NCBI GenBank assembly: GCA_963768565.1 | Contig: CAVYIO010000038.1 | Coordinates: 115,233-179,232, forward strand | Length of the DNA stretch: 64,000 nucleotides | Source of the DNA: Rhodothermales bacterium | Lineage (GTDB): Bacteria; Bacteroidota; Rhodothermia; Rhodothermales; JABDKH01 | Reading direction: 5' to 3' | Shown here: piece after piece, positions 1-10,158 of the stretch | Position numbering within the stretch: position 1 is the first letter of the stretch | Layout of the letters: every line of letters starts with the position of its first letter | Program-made: the position numbers and the translations under genes | The notes under the pieces: generated by a model | Database searches by the model: none | What the model was told of the DNA's origin: nothing | What the model saw: the letters and a program-made list of their open reading frames with translations, nothing else

Positions 1-611
1 TGGGCTATGCCGTCGGCAACTGGTGCGAAATGGAGGAAGCCATTCGCTGCCTCCAGGGGGAGAACGTCCCCGAAGTGACGGAACTGACTCTCTCGCTTGG
101 CTCGGAGATGCTTGTACTTGGAGGAGTGGCCTCCGATCTCGTGACTGCACGCGAAACACTGCGGTCCCTGCTCGAGAGTGGCACGGCCTTCGATGTCTTC
201 TCTCGAATGGTGGCGGCACAGGGAGGCGACACGAAAGTCGTCCAGAATCCACGTCTCATGGGAGAAAGTGCCGTCACGACCGAAGTGGTGGCTTCCGCGA
301 GCCAGGACGGATTCATCGTATCGATAGATGCGCTTGCGATAGGTCAGGCGGCCACGAGGCTCGGAGCGGGTCGGATGAGGGTTGATGATGACGTGGATCC
401 GCTTGCCGGAATCACGTTGTGCCGAAAGCGCGGCGACAGGGTGCAACCCGGCGACTGTCTGGCTCGTCTACACACACGCAGCTCAGATCTTGCAGAGCCA
501 TTCTTGATATCCGTCCGCGATGCTTTCGCGACGGGCGACAAAGCGCCCGCCCCGCGACAGGTAGTTATCGATCGACTGGTGGAAGGTCGGTGGAATTCGG
601 CCGTCGACTGA
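1..611 (+). CDS. Thymidine/pyrimidine-nucleoside phosphorylase, C-terminal part (5' end lies outside the window)
   Basis: The frame is open from the window edge. The C-terminal region (LGAGR...DxxxG...GD.V..G..L..LH) matches the thymidine phosphorylase C-terminal domain. Confidence 0.7.
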   Translation, partial: GYAVGNWCEMEEAIRCLQGENVPEVTELTLSLGSEMLVLGGVASDLVTARETLRSLLESGTAFDVFSRMVAAQGGDTKVVQNPRLMGESAVTTEVVASASQDGFIVSIDALAIGQAATRLGAGRMRVDDDVDPLAGITLCRKRGDRVQPGDCLARLHTRSSDLAEPFLISVRDAFATGDKAPAPRQVVIDRLVEGRWNSAVD

Positions 612-693
612 CGGTCGCAGGAGAATGTTCGAGACAGGCCTGAGCGCTATATTTGACGATAGCACGAATTTTCGGAATAAATAAGAAGCCATC

Positions 694-1467
694 ATGTCCA
701 TCTGGTCACGATTTTCGCGCTGGGTTCGGTCCATTTTCGGAGGAGCGATCTCAGCCCTGGAAGACCCTCGTCTGATCCTGGAACAGAACATGCGGGAGCT
801 GAATGATCAGGTCCCCAAGATGAATGAGAATATCGCGACCGTCAAGGCGAACGTGATGCTCCTGCAGAAGGAGCAGAAACGATATGCGTCGGAGATCGCG
901 GACTTCACGGCGAAGATCAAAGCTGGCATCAAGGCTGGCCGGGACGACATTGCCCAGCAGTACGCCATCCGGCTTGAGGAGATGAAGGAGGCTCACATAC
1001 GGACGAAGGAGCAACTCAAGTATGCCACTGCTGCGTATGACAAAGCGCTTCAGGTCAAGAAGGCCTTCATGCGCGAGAAGGATCGCAAGATCCAGGAGGC
1101 GAAGGACGCCCTGAGAGCGCACGAGCGTGCCAAGTGGCAGGCGCGCATCGCCGATACGCTCGAGCAATTCGAGGTGGGCGGGGTCGATCAGACTCACGAC
1201 GAAATGCTCAATCGCATTCAGGAGGAAACGGCACGACAGGAGGCGCGGATGGAAGTAGCGCTGGACTCGATCGACAGCGAGGCCATTCAGATCGAGGAAG
1301 ACGCGCGAACAATCCGGGCATCTGAGATCGTCAAGCAGTTCAAGCTCGAGATGGGCGTCGGCGAAGACGTTGAGGCTCCGGCGGAAGAAGCGAAGCTTGA
1401 AGTCCCCGAAAAAGAGGCCGAGCAGGGTCAGAAGACGATCGGGAAACAGCGGACGCAAACCGAATAG
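694..1467 (+). CDS. pspA: PspA/IM30 (Vipp1) family membrane-stress protein
   Basis: The N-terminus is MSIWSRFSRWVRSIFGGAISALEDP...ILEQNMRELNDQV, and the 257-aa protein is coiled-coil throughout. Confidence 0.85.
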   Translation: MSIWSRFSRWVRSIFGGAISALEDPRLILEQNMRELNDQVPKMNENIATVKANVMLLQKEQKRYASEIADFTAKIKAGIKAGRDDIAQQYAIRLEEMKEAHIRTKEQLKYATAAYDKALQVKKAFMREKDRKIQEAKDALRAHERAKWQARIADTLEQFEVGGVDQTHDEMLNRIQEETARQEARMEVALDSIDSEAIQIEEDARTIRASEIVKQFKLEMGVGEDVEAPAEEAKLEVPEKEAEQGQKTIGKQRTQTE

Positions 1468-1469
1468 AG

Positions 1470-1967
1470 GTGCCGTTGAATATGACCCCCGAAGAATTCG
1501 AGCGAATCAAGGAGGCTGAGAAAGAGCACCTCCGAGCGCTCAAGAAACTCAAGAAGGCTGTGCGCGGCCTCGAACGTAGCAAATCTATCGCGCAGTCCGT
1601 CACAAAGATGAGCTCAAGTTCCCAGTCGGCACTGGAGACGCATGAGAACATGGTCGACAAGCTGGCACTTGAAACCGCTCACTATGAGGCCCGTCTGGAC
1701 GTTGCGCTCGAATCCGCAAAAGAACATCAGGAACGCGACGCCGCGGATGAGGCCCTGATGAAAGCGGATGCCGAACTGCAGAAGGAACGTGCCAGAAGCC
1801 TCGTCGAGCAACTGCGTGAGGAGATGGCCGTTCCAGGGCCGGATGCAGGCGAGGCCGTCGCGGAATCACCGGGTCCCCGCAGATCGGAGTCCGATGAGCA
1901 AGACGACGACGCGGAGGATACCGGCCCGCTTCCGGAAAAGACCATCGGTCGCATGAGGAGGCCGTAG
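1470..1967 (+). CDS. Hypothetical coiled-coil protein, likely a PspA partner
   Basis: It lies 2 nt downstream of pspA on the same strand. It is a charged coiled-coil protein with an acidic tail. Confidence 0.5.
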   Translation: MPLNMTPEEFERIKEAEKEHLRALKKLKKAVRGLERSKSIAQSVTKMSSSSQSALETHENMVDKLALETAHYEARLDVALESAKEHQERDAADEALMKADAELQKERARSLVEQLREEMAVPGPDAGEAVAESPGPRRSESDEQDDDAEDTGPLPEKTIGRMRRP

Positions 1968-1998
1968 CGGGTGTAGCCCCTCAAACCGAAGTCACTGA

Positions 1999-2871
1999 AT
2001 GAACGATCGAAACATTAATTACACGAAGGAAGCCTTCCTGCACCCCTGGAACCTCGCGTTCCTGATCGGTGCCATGGTCGTGTCGTTCTCGGTCAGTCTG
2101 TTCTTCAGTGGCGCATCCTGGCCGTTCGAGACCATCCTTCTGTTTGCGACCGCAATAGAGCTGCTCTTCCTCGGCATGGTGCCAAGACAGGATCGTTTCC
2201 GCCGCGCAGTTCGCTCGCAGCAAGCCGCAGAGCACGCCAAGCCGCCGTCCCAGAAGGAGATCTTTCAACACCTGTCAAAACAGAGCCAACGACGATACGC
2301 AAGGCTGCGAAAACTCGGACGCGACATCCAGTCGAACTACCAGAAGCTGAGCTATGCCTCCCAGGGCATGCTCGACAGCCACCTGAAAAAGATCAACGGA
2401 CTGCTGGACTCGTATCTCAACCTGCTGTACCAGGAGGAACGGTACGAATACTCGTCTCATGCCAGCTCCGAAGGAGAGGTTGTCAGCGCAATGGAGGCTC
2501 TTCGAACGGATATGGCGGACGACTCGCCGAAGGTTCGATCAATCAAGGAGCGCCGGCTCCGGATTCTTGAGCAACGCCTCGGGCGATTCAAGAAGGGACG
2601 GGAGAACGTGGAGATCATCCGTGCACAGCTCGAAACGATAGAGGATGTGGTCAAGTACATCCATGAGCAGTCTCTCACGCTCAGCAATCCCGAGGAAATA
2701 ACGTTCCAGCTCGATACCTTGCTCACCGAAGTCGAGGAAACCCAGCTGGCAATTGAGGAAATCGAGGAGGTCTTCGCCCGCCCCACGGACCTTCTCCGCG
2801 ACCTTGACGCCTATTCGTCAGAGTCCGAAGAAGCGTCGAAGGGTTCAGATGCCACTCGTGTGAAGGAGTAG
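1999..2871 (+). CDS. Hypothetical membrane protein (N-terminal 2 TM, C-terminal coiled coil)
   Basis: The first ~70 aa are hydrophobic, followed by a long charged helical region. It is on the same strand as pspA and close to it. Confidence 0.55.
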   Translation: MNDRNINYTKEAFLHPWNLAFLIGAMVVSFSVSLFFSGASWPFETILLFATAIELLFLGMVPRQDRFRRAVRSQQAAEHAKPPSQKEIFQHLSKQSQRRYARLRKLGRDIQSNYQKLSYASQGMLDSHLKKINGLLDSYLNLLYQEERYEYSSHASSEGEVVSAMEALRTDMADDSPKVRSIKERRLRILEQRLGRFKKGRENVEIIRAQLETIEDVVKYIHEQSLTLSNPEEITFQLDTLLTEVEETQLAIEEIEEVFARPTDLLRDLDAYSSESEEASKGSDATRVKE

Positions 2872-2915
2872 GGCGTTTCCCCGACCCACGTAAGAGCACT
2901 TTCCCGTTCCCGACT

Positions 2916-3698
2916 ATGAAATTCTCAACGCTTCTGTACGAGGTCGATGCCGACGGCACCCTGCTTCTCACCGTCAATCGACCGGACAAACTCAACGCCC
3001 TGAACGCGACCGTAATCGACGAGCTCGATGCGGTATTTCGATCTCTGCCGTCCGAGTCGTCCGTAAAAGGCGTCGTGATTACGGGCTCCGGAACCAAAGC
3101 TTTTGTCGCCGGCGCCGATATCAAGCAGTTTCAGAATCTGTCGTCGTCGGAGGCCGAGAAGTTTGCACGACGGGGTCAGGAAGTGTTCGACATGATCGAA
3201 AATCTTTCGAAGCCAGTGGTTGCGGCGGTGAACGGTTTTGCGCTGGGTGGTGGATGTGAGCTGGCGCTGTCGTGCCATATGCGCATTGCATCACAGTCGG
3301 CAAGTTTCGGGCAGCCGGAAGTCAATCTTGGCATCATACCCGGATACGGCGGCACACAACGACTGCCCCGACTGATCGGACGAGGACGAGCGACAGAGTT
3401 GATCCTGACGGGAGAGCGGATTTCGGCCCAGCGCGCCTACGAGATCGGCCTCGTCAACAAGCTCGTGCCGGCTGAGTCACTGATAGAACAGGCCCGCCAC
3501 CTGGTGACGCGAGCATCGGCCAAGGCGCCGGTGGCTATCGGTCTCGCGTTACAGGCAATAAATGCAGCGGACAGGTCTCTGGACAAGGGACTGAAGTATG
3601 AGGCCAGGCTTTTCGGGCAGGCACTGGAAACGGAAGACGCTAAAGAGGGTGTCTCGGCGTTCCTTGAAAAGCGTCAGCCTGTCTTCAAGGGTCGATAA
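2916..3698 (+). CDS. Enoyl-CoA hydratase/isomerase (crotonase family)
   Basis: Contains the crotonase motifs FVAGADI and NGFALGGGCELA and is 260 aa long. Confidence 0.85.
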   Translation: MKFSTLLYEVDADGTLLLTVNRPDKLNALNATVIDELDAVFRSLPSESSVKGVVITGSGTKAFVAGADIKQFQNLSSSEAEKFARRGQEVFDMIENLSKPVVAAVNGFALGGGCELALSCHMRIASQSASFGQPEVNLGIIPGYGGTQRLPRLIGRGRATELILTGERISAQRAYEIGLVNKLVPAESLIEQARHLVTRASAKAPVAIGLALQAINAADRSLDKGLKYEARLFGQALETEDAKEGVSAFLEKRQPVFKGR

Positions 3699-4957
3699 TG
3701 GAAATCGCAGCCATCATCGTCCTGCTGATCCTGAGTGCGTTGTTTTCGGGTTCCGAGATCGCCTTCGTTGCGGCCAATCGACTCAAGGTTGAGGTCTTTG
3801 CCCGCGGATCACGGGTCGTCGGCCCCATCGCTCGCGACTTCATACACGACCCCGCCAAGCTCCTCACCACGACGCTGGTAGGCAACAACCTCGCGCTCGT
3901 TGCCTACTCAACGCTGATGGCCATTCTGCTCGAGCCGCCCTTGCACAGCGCCTTCACAAGCCTGGGTGCGGGCCAAACTGCCGTAGAAATTGCGACGCTG
4001 CTCAGTCAGACCATGATCGCATCGATCATCGTTCTGTTCTTCGGCGAGATCCTTCCGAAGTCCATACTTCGGGAGATACCCACGCGGTCTGTCTTTGCCC
4101 TCGCGATCCCGTTGCGTGCGACCTACTATCTGCTGCTCCCGCTCATCAAGCTCGCGGCATTCGCATCTAACGGACTCATCCGCTTGTTCAACATAGACGC
4201 CGAAACGTTCTCGCAATTCATGCGACGCGACTTCGAGTTGATCCTGGAAGAGAGCATGAAACGAGGCGATCTCGATCTGGATCGAGATGAAAGTGAGCTG
4301 CTGTCAAAGGTCCTGGCGATGAACTCCATTCGCCTGAAGGAGTCGATGGTTCCGAGGACCGATATCAAGGCGGTCGACGATACGATGAGCCTCGAACAGG
4401 TGCGGGAGCGCTTTCTGGAGACCGGTCACTCAAAGCTACTCGTGTATCACGAAAACATCGACAACATTATCGGTGTGGCGTTCGCGTACGACCTCTTCCG
4501 AATGCCTGGTTCGATTTCAGAGATCATCCGACCCATCTCCGCTGTTCCGGAATCGAAGCCATCCAAAGACCTGCTGCGGCAGTTCCTGAGCGACAACATC
4601 TCCGTCGCGCTGGTCGTCGATGAATATGGCGGAACGGCTGGACTGGTGACACTGGAGGATCTTCTCGAGGAACTCTTCGGAGATATTCTCGATGAGTTTG
4701 ACGAGGACGAACGGATCGTCCGCAAGATCGATGATCGGACTTTGATCGTCAGCGGCCGCGTCGAAGTCGATAAACTCACGGACAAATTTGGCATTGATTT
4801 CCCCGCGGGAGATTACGAGACGATCGCAGGCTACTTGATGGAGCGGCTGGGATCGATCCCCACCACGCCCGAGGTGTTTGAACTGGACGGACACTCGTTC
4901 AGCGTCCTGGAGTCCGCAGCAAACCGGATCGATCTGGTCAAGATCATTCTTCCCTAA
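3698..4957 (+). CDS. CNNM/HlyC-CorC family transporter (DUF21-CBS pair-CorC_HlyC)
   Basis: Has an N-terminal 4-TM DUF21, tandem CBS domains and a C-terminal CorC domain. It has an ATGA overlap with the upstream gene. Confidence 0.85.
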   Translation: MEIAAIIVLLILSALFSGSEIAFVAANRLKVEVFARGSRVVGPIARDFIHDPAKLLTTTLVGNNLALVAYSTLMAILLEPPLHSAFTSLGAGQTAVEIATLLSQTMIASIIVLFFGEILPKSILREIPTRSVFALAIPLRATYYLLLPLIKLAAFASNGLIRLFNIDAETFSQFMRRDFELILEESMKRGDLDLDRDESELLSKVLAMNSIRLKESMVPRTDIKAVDDTMSLEQVRERFLETGHSKLLVYHENIDNIIGVAFAYDLFRMPGSISEIIRPISAVPESKPSKDLLRQFLSDNISVALVVDEYGGTAGLVTLEDLLEELFGDILDEFDEDERIVRKIDDRTLIVSGRVEVDKLTDKFGIDFPAGDYETIAGYLMERLGSIPTTPEVFELDGHSFSVLESAANRIDLVKIILP

Positions 4958-5502
4958 TCGATCCCGGAGTCATGCCTCGCGTACTCCAGTATCACTCGCG
5001 TGTGCTCCGCAAGGCGCGGGACAAGCTGAAGGCGCTGTAGTCTGTCCGTTGGCATGTCGGGTAAGCGCGGCGGGCTTACCCTGCCCATCCAGAGCGCCAT
5101 CTTGTCTGCAAGCGCGCGTGGGCCCGGAAGCTGTCCGTGCGGAAAGTGCACCTCGTAGAATGATCGGGCCCTTGAAAGACGGCCATAGACGTCAAGGTCC
5201 GCGTCACGGTCGGATGAAGCCTCGCTCACCATGACGCTCCCGATGAGATAGTCTCGGTAGAGGAACGGCAATTCGATCAACACGGACGAGAGGATGGATG
5301 CGCCGTCGACGAGAGATGCCTCAACGGCGCGGGCCGTGGCCACAGCGACCATGCTCAGGGTTTCTTCAGCGACGAGATTTGCATCAGCACCCTCGATGTC
5401 GTTCAGCAGGGTGCTCATCAGTTCCTGAGCGGTGGTTACCGTTCCGACACTCGCAAACGCCGTTAGCCTCGCAATACGTTCACCACCCGATTCGTCGGTC
5501 AT
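4954..5502 (-). CDS. Hypothetical protein downstream of floA
   Basis: ATG at 5502 lies 14 nt after the floA stop. The ORF-track start at 5697 would overlap floA. Confidence 0.4.
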   Translation of the reverse strand: MTDESGGERIARLTAFASVGTVTTAQELMSTLLNDIEGADANLVAEETLSMVAVATARAVEASLVDGASILSSVLIELPFLYRDYLIGSVMVSEASSDRDADLDVYGRLSRARSFYEVHFPHGQLPGPRALADKMALWMGRVSPPRLPDMPTDRLQRLQLVPRLAEHTRVILEYARHDSGID

Positions 5503-5515
5503 TGAGGCGCGCGGA

Positions 5516-6508
5516 TCAGGTGCCGGGTTTGTCGGAGTCGTCACCGCGACCGATCGCGTCACGCATACCCGTGTCAGACTGGATATTGCGAAGCCGGTAG
5601 TAGTCCATGATGCCGAGGTTGCCCGATCTAAACGCCTCGGCAATGGCTCTCGGCACAGCGGCTTCCGCCTCCATGACCTTCGCCTCCTGCTCCACAACCG
5701 CGGCCTTCATTTCCTGCTCACGGGCGACTGCCGCGGCCCTGCGCTCCTCCGCCTTTGCTCGAGCGACCTGAAGATCTGCGTCTGCCTGATTCGCCTGGAG
5801 CATGGCTCCGATGTTATCGCCAACGTCAACATCTGCGATGTCGATCGAAAGGATCTCGAACGCAGTGCCCGAATCAAGGCCCTTTGAGAGAACCACCTTG
5901 GAAATCGAGTCCGGATTCTCCAGAACCTCTTTGTAGGTGTTGGCCGAACCGATTGTCGACACGATGCCTTCTCCTACGCGGGCAATGATGGTCTCTTCGC
6001 CGGCACCACCGACCAGTCGGTCGATATTGGCTCGCAGCGTGACCCTTGAAACGGCGCGAAGCTGGATGCCGTCCTTGGCAACCGCCGATACCGGAGGTGT
6101 TTCGATGACCTTCGGATTGACGGACATCTGCACGGCCTCATAGACGTCACGGCCAGCCAGATCGATGGCGGCCGCCTGCGTGTACTGCAGGTCAATGTTC
6201 GCCTTGTCGGCCGAAATAAGGGCATTGACCACCTTCTGCACGTTGCCGCCCGCCAGGAAATGCGCCTCCAGCTGCGGAGTCTCGAGGTGAACCCCAGCCT
6301 TGTGCCCGGTAATCATTGACTTCACGATGGCCGCGGGAGGCACTTTGCGGAGCCTCATTCCCACCAGATCGCGAACCAGTTTCAACTTGACGCCCGAGAA
6401 GTAAGCCGTCACCCACAGGCCAACGGGAATGAAGTACAGAAAAAGAACAAGGCCGATTATGACGAGCAGGATGATCAGTAATCCTGCTCCGGAAAGAAGT
6501 GTTTCCAT
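5516..6508 (-). CDS. floA: Flotillin-like protein FloA (SPFH/band-7, YqfA type)
   Basis: METLLSGAG...[13 protein letters not shown] start; C-terminal [24 protein letters not shown], which is characteristic of FloA. Confidence 0.85.
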   Translation of the reverse strand: METLLSGAGLLIILLVIIGLVLFLYFIPVGLWVTAYFSGVKLKLVRDLVGMRLRKVPPAAIVKSMITGHKAGVHLETPQLEAHFLAGGNVQKVVNALISADKANIDLQYTQAAAIDLAGRDVYEAVQMSVNPKVIETPPVSAVAKDGIQLRAVSRVTLRANIDRLVGGAGEETIIARVGEGIVSTIGSANTYKEVLENPDSISKVVLSKGLDSGTAFEILSIDIADVDVGDNIGAMLQANQADADLQVARAKAEERRAAAVAREQEMKAAVVEQEAKVMEAEAAVPRAIAEAFRSGNLGIMDYYRLRNIQSDTGMRDAIGRGDDSDKPGT

Positions 6509-6533
6509 GACTGCGAGTGTTAGAAGGGATTTG

Positions 6534-7025
6534 TCAGTTGTCCGACTTGAGGTAGTCCCCACTCTGGCCGCCCGTCTTGGCCAGCAGGTGGATACCCGAG
6601 ATTTCGATGTTCTTCGATACCGATTTACACATGTCATACACCGTCAGCGCCGCAATGGACACCGCGGTCAGTGCTTCCATCTCCACGCCGGTGGGTCCGG
6701 TGCTCTTCGCAAAGGCCCGTATCTCTACGGAGAAGTCACGCTCATTGAGAGTAAGGTCAACGTCGATTCCCCTCAGGTCCACGTCATGGCACAGCGGAAT
6801 CAGTTTGCTGGTCTGCTTGGCGCCCATGATTCCCGCGACCTGCGAAAGTGCGAGCACATCACCCTTGCGAACTTCGCGATCTCGGATCAAATGGAACGCC
6901 GTCTCGCCGACGAATACGGTCCCGGTAGCGACCGCCGTGCGGACGCTACTTGGCTTGTCTGAAACATCTACCATATGCACGCCGCCTTCCGGGTCGACGT
7001 GCGTCAGAATTTCTCCCTGAGACAT
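6534..7025 (-). CDS. moaC: Cyclic pyranopterin monophosphate synthase MoaC
   Basis: 163 aa with the MoaC signature LTHVD...GxxxMVDVSxK...AxxxGIMGAKxT. Confidence 0.9.
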   Translation of the reverse strand: MSQGEILTHVDPEGGVHMVDVSDKPSSVRTAVATGTVFVGETAFHLIRDREVRKGDVLALSQVAGIMGAKQTSKLIPLCHDVDLRGIDVDLTLNERDFSVEIRAFAKSTGPTGVEMEALTAVSIAALTVYDMCKSVSKNIEISGIHLLAKTGGQSGDYLKSDN

Positions 7026-7116
7026 GCTTCTCGTGTTGTAGTGATCAGAGTTAGAGTGGGTACGTAATACTCAAACGAAGATAGCCGCGACCTGTTCGTG
7101 CCGCAAGGTGTTGTCG

Positions 7117-8106
7117 TCAGCCCCCGATAAGGATCATGGGCCTGTTCTCGTCATCGACCAGATTGTACATACCGGCATGCTGAGGTGCTTTTCGTCGTAC
7201 GGCGTCGGAGATCTCAGCCTCCAGTTCGGCGTCCGAACGTCCCTCACGAATCATGTCTCGGAGGCTGACCTCGCGCCTCCCGAAAAGACACACTTTCAGA
7301 TTGCCATCCGCGGTCAAACGAAGCCGGTCGCAGGTATCGCAAAAATGATCACTCATCGACGAAATGAATCCGATCGTACCTGTGAAATTCGGGACACGGA
7401 ATTCCTTCGCTGTCGCGCTGGGTCGACCGGGCACGTGAACGAGTTCACCGTACTTCCGCTCGATTTCATCTCGCATATCACTCCACGGCACGAAATAGTC
7501 GTCACTCCAGCCGTTGCCGGAAAACGGCATGTATTCTATGAACCGGATGCTCACCGGCATGGTCTCCGTCATCGCGACGAAGTCAACCAGTTCGTCTTCG
7601 TTCACACCTTTCATTACGACGCAGTTGATCTTCAGGGGCGTGTAGCCGTGTTCGATCGCCAGGTCTATCGCCGTCAGCACCTTGTCGAGACCCGGGCGCC
7701 GGGTGATGCTTTCAAACCGTGCCGCTTGCAGAGTATCCAGGCTGAGGTTGATTGCGCTGAGTCCCGCTGAGCGCAGCGCGGCAATCTTGCGATCGAGCAG
7801 CATCCCGTTGGTGGTCATCATGACGGCCCGGACGCCCTGAATTGATGCCAGTGATCCAACGAGTTTCTCGATGTCCTTCCGGACGAGCGGCTCGCCGCCC
7901 GTTAGCCGAATTCGTGAAACCCCGTTCCGGGCAAATATCCCCGCAACTCGCACGATCTCCTCAAACGTGAGAAGATCGGAGCGCGGATTCAGGTCCACGC
8001 CCTCTGCCGGCATGCAGTAGTGGCATCGGAGATTACATCTCTCCGTTACTGAGATCCGCAGATAGGAATGCTGCCGACCGTGAAGGTCGGTCAGAATGTC
8101 GCTCAT
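7117..8106 (-). CDS. moaA: GTP 3',8-cyclase MoaA (radical SAM)
   Basis: CNLRCHYCMP radical-SAM cluster motif, with a C-terminal second cluster (CDTCDRLRLTADG). Confidence 0.9.
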   Translation of the reverse strand: MSDILTDLHGRQHSYLRISVTERCNLRCHYCMPAEGVDLNPRSDLLTFEEIVRVAGIFARNGVSRIRLTGGEPLVRKDIEKLVGSLASIQGVRAVMMTTNGMLLDRKIAALRSAGLSAINLSLDTLQAARFESITRRPGLDKVLTAIDLAIEHGYTPLKINCVVMKGVNEDELVDFVAMTETMPVSIRFIEYMPFSGNGWSDDYFVPWSDMRDEIERKYGELVHVPGRPSATAKEFRVPNFTGTIGFISSMSDHFCDTCDRLRLTADGNLKVCLFGRREVSLRDMIREGRSDAELEAEISDAVRRKAPQHAGMYNLVDDENRPMILIGG

Positions 8107-8222
8107 GGGTCACCGAAATCGATAATGTGTGAGTCTAACGAATCGAACGCCAGGTCGTTCGCTGCGCAACAACCAGAATACACCGGCCGTAAGGGCTGTG
8201 AAAGGGCAAACAAAGTAATGCA

Positions 8223-8444
8223 ATGAAAGATCGATCCAGGCCACTGGTTCTCGCCGCGCTGGTGCTGCTGCTCGTCGCGCTGTCCACCATCGACATTTCT
8301 TTCATTCCGCTCGGCGGCCTCGGCCGACAGATCCTACCGTGGATCGTCGTAGGAATCATTGTGCTCTTCCTTTCGCGCGGCGGGTGCTGCGGAAATAGCT
8401 GTCGTAGCGATGACGACGCGGATGAAGCGCCTCATTCGCCGTAA
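8223..8444 (+). CDS. Putative small 2-TM membrane protein
   Basis: A 73-aa ORF with two hydrophobic helices and a CCGNSC tail. It sits in the 325-nt gap upstream of moaA. There is no homology support. Confidence 0.25.
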   Translation: MKDRSRPLVLAALVLLLVALSTIDISFIPLGGLGRQILPWIVVGIIVLFLSRGGCCGNSCRSDDDADEAPHSP

Positions 8445-10123
8445 ACCTGTTGGCCCCCGAGGAATGTCGCGGTGACACGTGCATCCAGAATGGCCGCCGC
8501 GGGAATTGTCATAATATCCCGATCCAGGATCACGAAGTCTGCAAACTTGCCCTCGGTTATTGAGCCCACTTCGTCTTCCATAAAGCCTGCGTAGGCGGCC
8601 TCGATGGTGAAACCACGTAGGGCAGCCACGCGCGAGACGCGCTCCTGAGGGAGCCAGCCTCCGTCGGGATACCCATCTGCATCCTGTCGCGTAATCGCAG
8701 CATGAAACCCTTTCATCGGGTCGACGGATTCCACAGGGAAGTCGGACCCGAATGGCACATGCGTACCTGAGTCTATTAACGTCTTCCACGCATAAGCGCC
8801 GGCAAGCCGATCCGCTCCGAGCCGTTCCTCGGCCCAGTACATGTCGCTGGTAGCGTGCGTCGGCTGCATGGCTGCAATCACGCCCAGGGCCTGGAACCGC
8901 GGAATGTCGGTGGGGCTCACGATTTGAGCGTGCTCGATTCTGGGCCTGATGACCGACAGGTCATGCGACTGGCCAAGTTCTTCATAAATGTCGAGAACGA
9001 TTCGAACGGCGTCGTCACCTATCGCATGCACGGCAGGCTGCAGGCCGCACTCGACCGTCCGCATTACCGCGTCCCTGAGTTCCTTTGCGCTCTTTCGCAT
9101 CAACCCCCGGTTACCGGCATCGTCCGAGTAGTCTTCAAGCAGAGACGCGCCGCGACTTCCAAGAGCGCCATCGGCATACAACTTGACGGCCCGTACCGTC
9201 AGCAGGTCACCATAGGCGTTGACCGGTCCGTCGCTGCACACCTGTTGAAACAGGCTCTTCAAATCCTCGGTCATGCCGTACAGTCGGAGCGTGACCTTCC
9301 CTTCATCCACAAGTCTCCGATAGATATTCAGCGTGTCGAGCTGTAGCCCCGGTTCGTGCACCCCGGTCAAGCCGAGTGCGGCCGCATCGGCCATGGCGCG
9401 TTCAATCGCCTGAGTGATCAGCTCCGCAGACGGCTCGGGAGCGACCTCATTCACCTGATCAGACGCGCTGTCAATGAGCAGACCCGTCGCGACCCCCGCC
9501 GCATCTCTTACAATTCTACCTCCGACCGGGTCAGGTGTACGGCCATCTATGTCAATTCCCACCTCAGCAAGAGCTGCGGAGTTCAGCAGTGACGCGTGTC
9601 CGTCCACGCGCTCAAGCCAGACGGGGCGATCGGGGAAAATGGGATCGATATCGCCTCGTGTCGGAAAGCGCTTCTCCGCCCAGTCGTTCTGGTCCCACCC
9701 TCGTCCACGGAGCCACGCACCGTCCGGCAACGTGCTCTCTCGCTCTCGCAGCAGGGAGACAACCTCCGTGATCGACGTCGTTCCTCTCAGGTCGACGTTC
9801 ATCCTGATGAAACCGTGATTCACCAGGTGCCCGTGAGAGTCGATCAGACCGGGAACGACCGTGCGACCAGCCGCATCCAGCACGGTGCGTGCGGCGAATC
9901 GGGACACGATATCCAGACTGTCACCGACTGCGACAAACCTCCCATCCATGACGGCGAAAGCATTCGCATGAGGGACGTGCTCGTCGACCGTGTAGACGTT
10001 GGCGTTGACCACGATCAGATCCACACGCTCGGTGCAACCGACTGTAGCACAAAGTACTACCAATAGTCGCCACGCGTACAGCCGCCGCTCGTATCTGCCC
10101 TTCGAAATCCCGTTGCATAGCAT
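8432..10123 (-). CDS. Amidohydrolase-3 family metal-dependent hydrolase (lipoprotein-like signal)
   Basis: ATG at 10123 gives MLCNG...LLVVLCATVGC, a signal/lipobox. The metal-binding motif GLIDSHGHL is present. Confidence 0.8.
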   Translation of the reverse strand: MLCNGISKGRYERRLYAWRLLVVLCATVGCTERVDLIVVNANVYTVDEHVPHANAFAVMDGRFVAVGDSLDIVSRFAARTVLDAAGRTVVPGLIDSHGHLVNHGFIRMNVDLRGTTSITEVVSLLRERESTLPDGAWLRGRGWDQNDWAEKRFPTRGDIDPIFPDRPVWLERVDGHASLLNSAALAEVGIDIDGRTPDPVGGRIVRDAAGVATGLLIDSASDQVNEVAPEPSAELITQAIERAMADAAALGLTGVHEPGLQLDTLNIYRRLVDEGKVTLRLYGMTEDLKSLFQQVCSDGPVNAYGDLLTVRAVKLYADGALGSRGASLLEDYSDDAGNRGLMRKSAKELRDAVMRTVECGLQPAVHAIGDDAVRIVLDIYEELGQSHDLSVIRPRIEHAQIVSPTDIPRFQALGVIAAMQPTHATSDMYWAEERLGADRLAGAYAWKTLIDSGTHVPFGSDFPVESVDPMKGFHAAITRQDADGYPDGGWLPQERVSRVAALRGFTIEAAYAGFMEDEVGSITEGKFADFVILDRDIMTIPAAAILDARVTATFLGGQQVYGE

Positions 10124-10158
10124 TCGTACCTGTGTATGAGCCCGACCGGGTCGACACG

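Noticed and set aside
751-1458. 235-aa ORF antisense to pspA
   Set aside because: It is a shadow ORF typical of GC-rich DNA. The pspA frame has clear family similarity, while the antisense product is L/R-rich with no features.
8135-8359. 74-aa minus-strand ORF in the moaA leader
   Set aside because: It overlaps the opposite-strand small membrane ORF and is less protein-like (S/T/R-rich).
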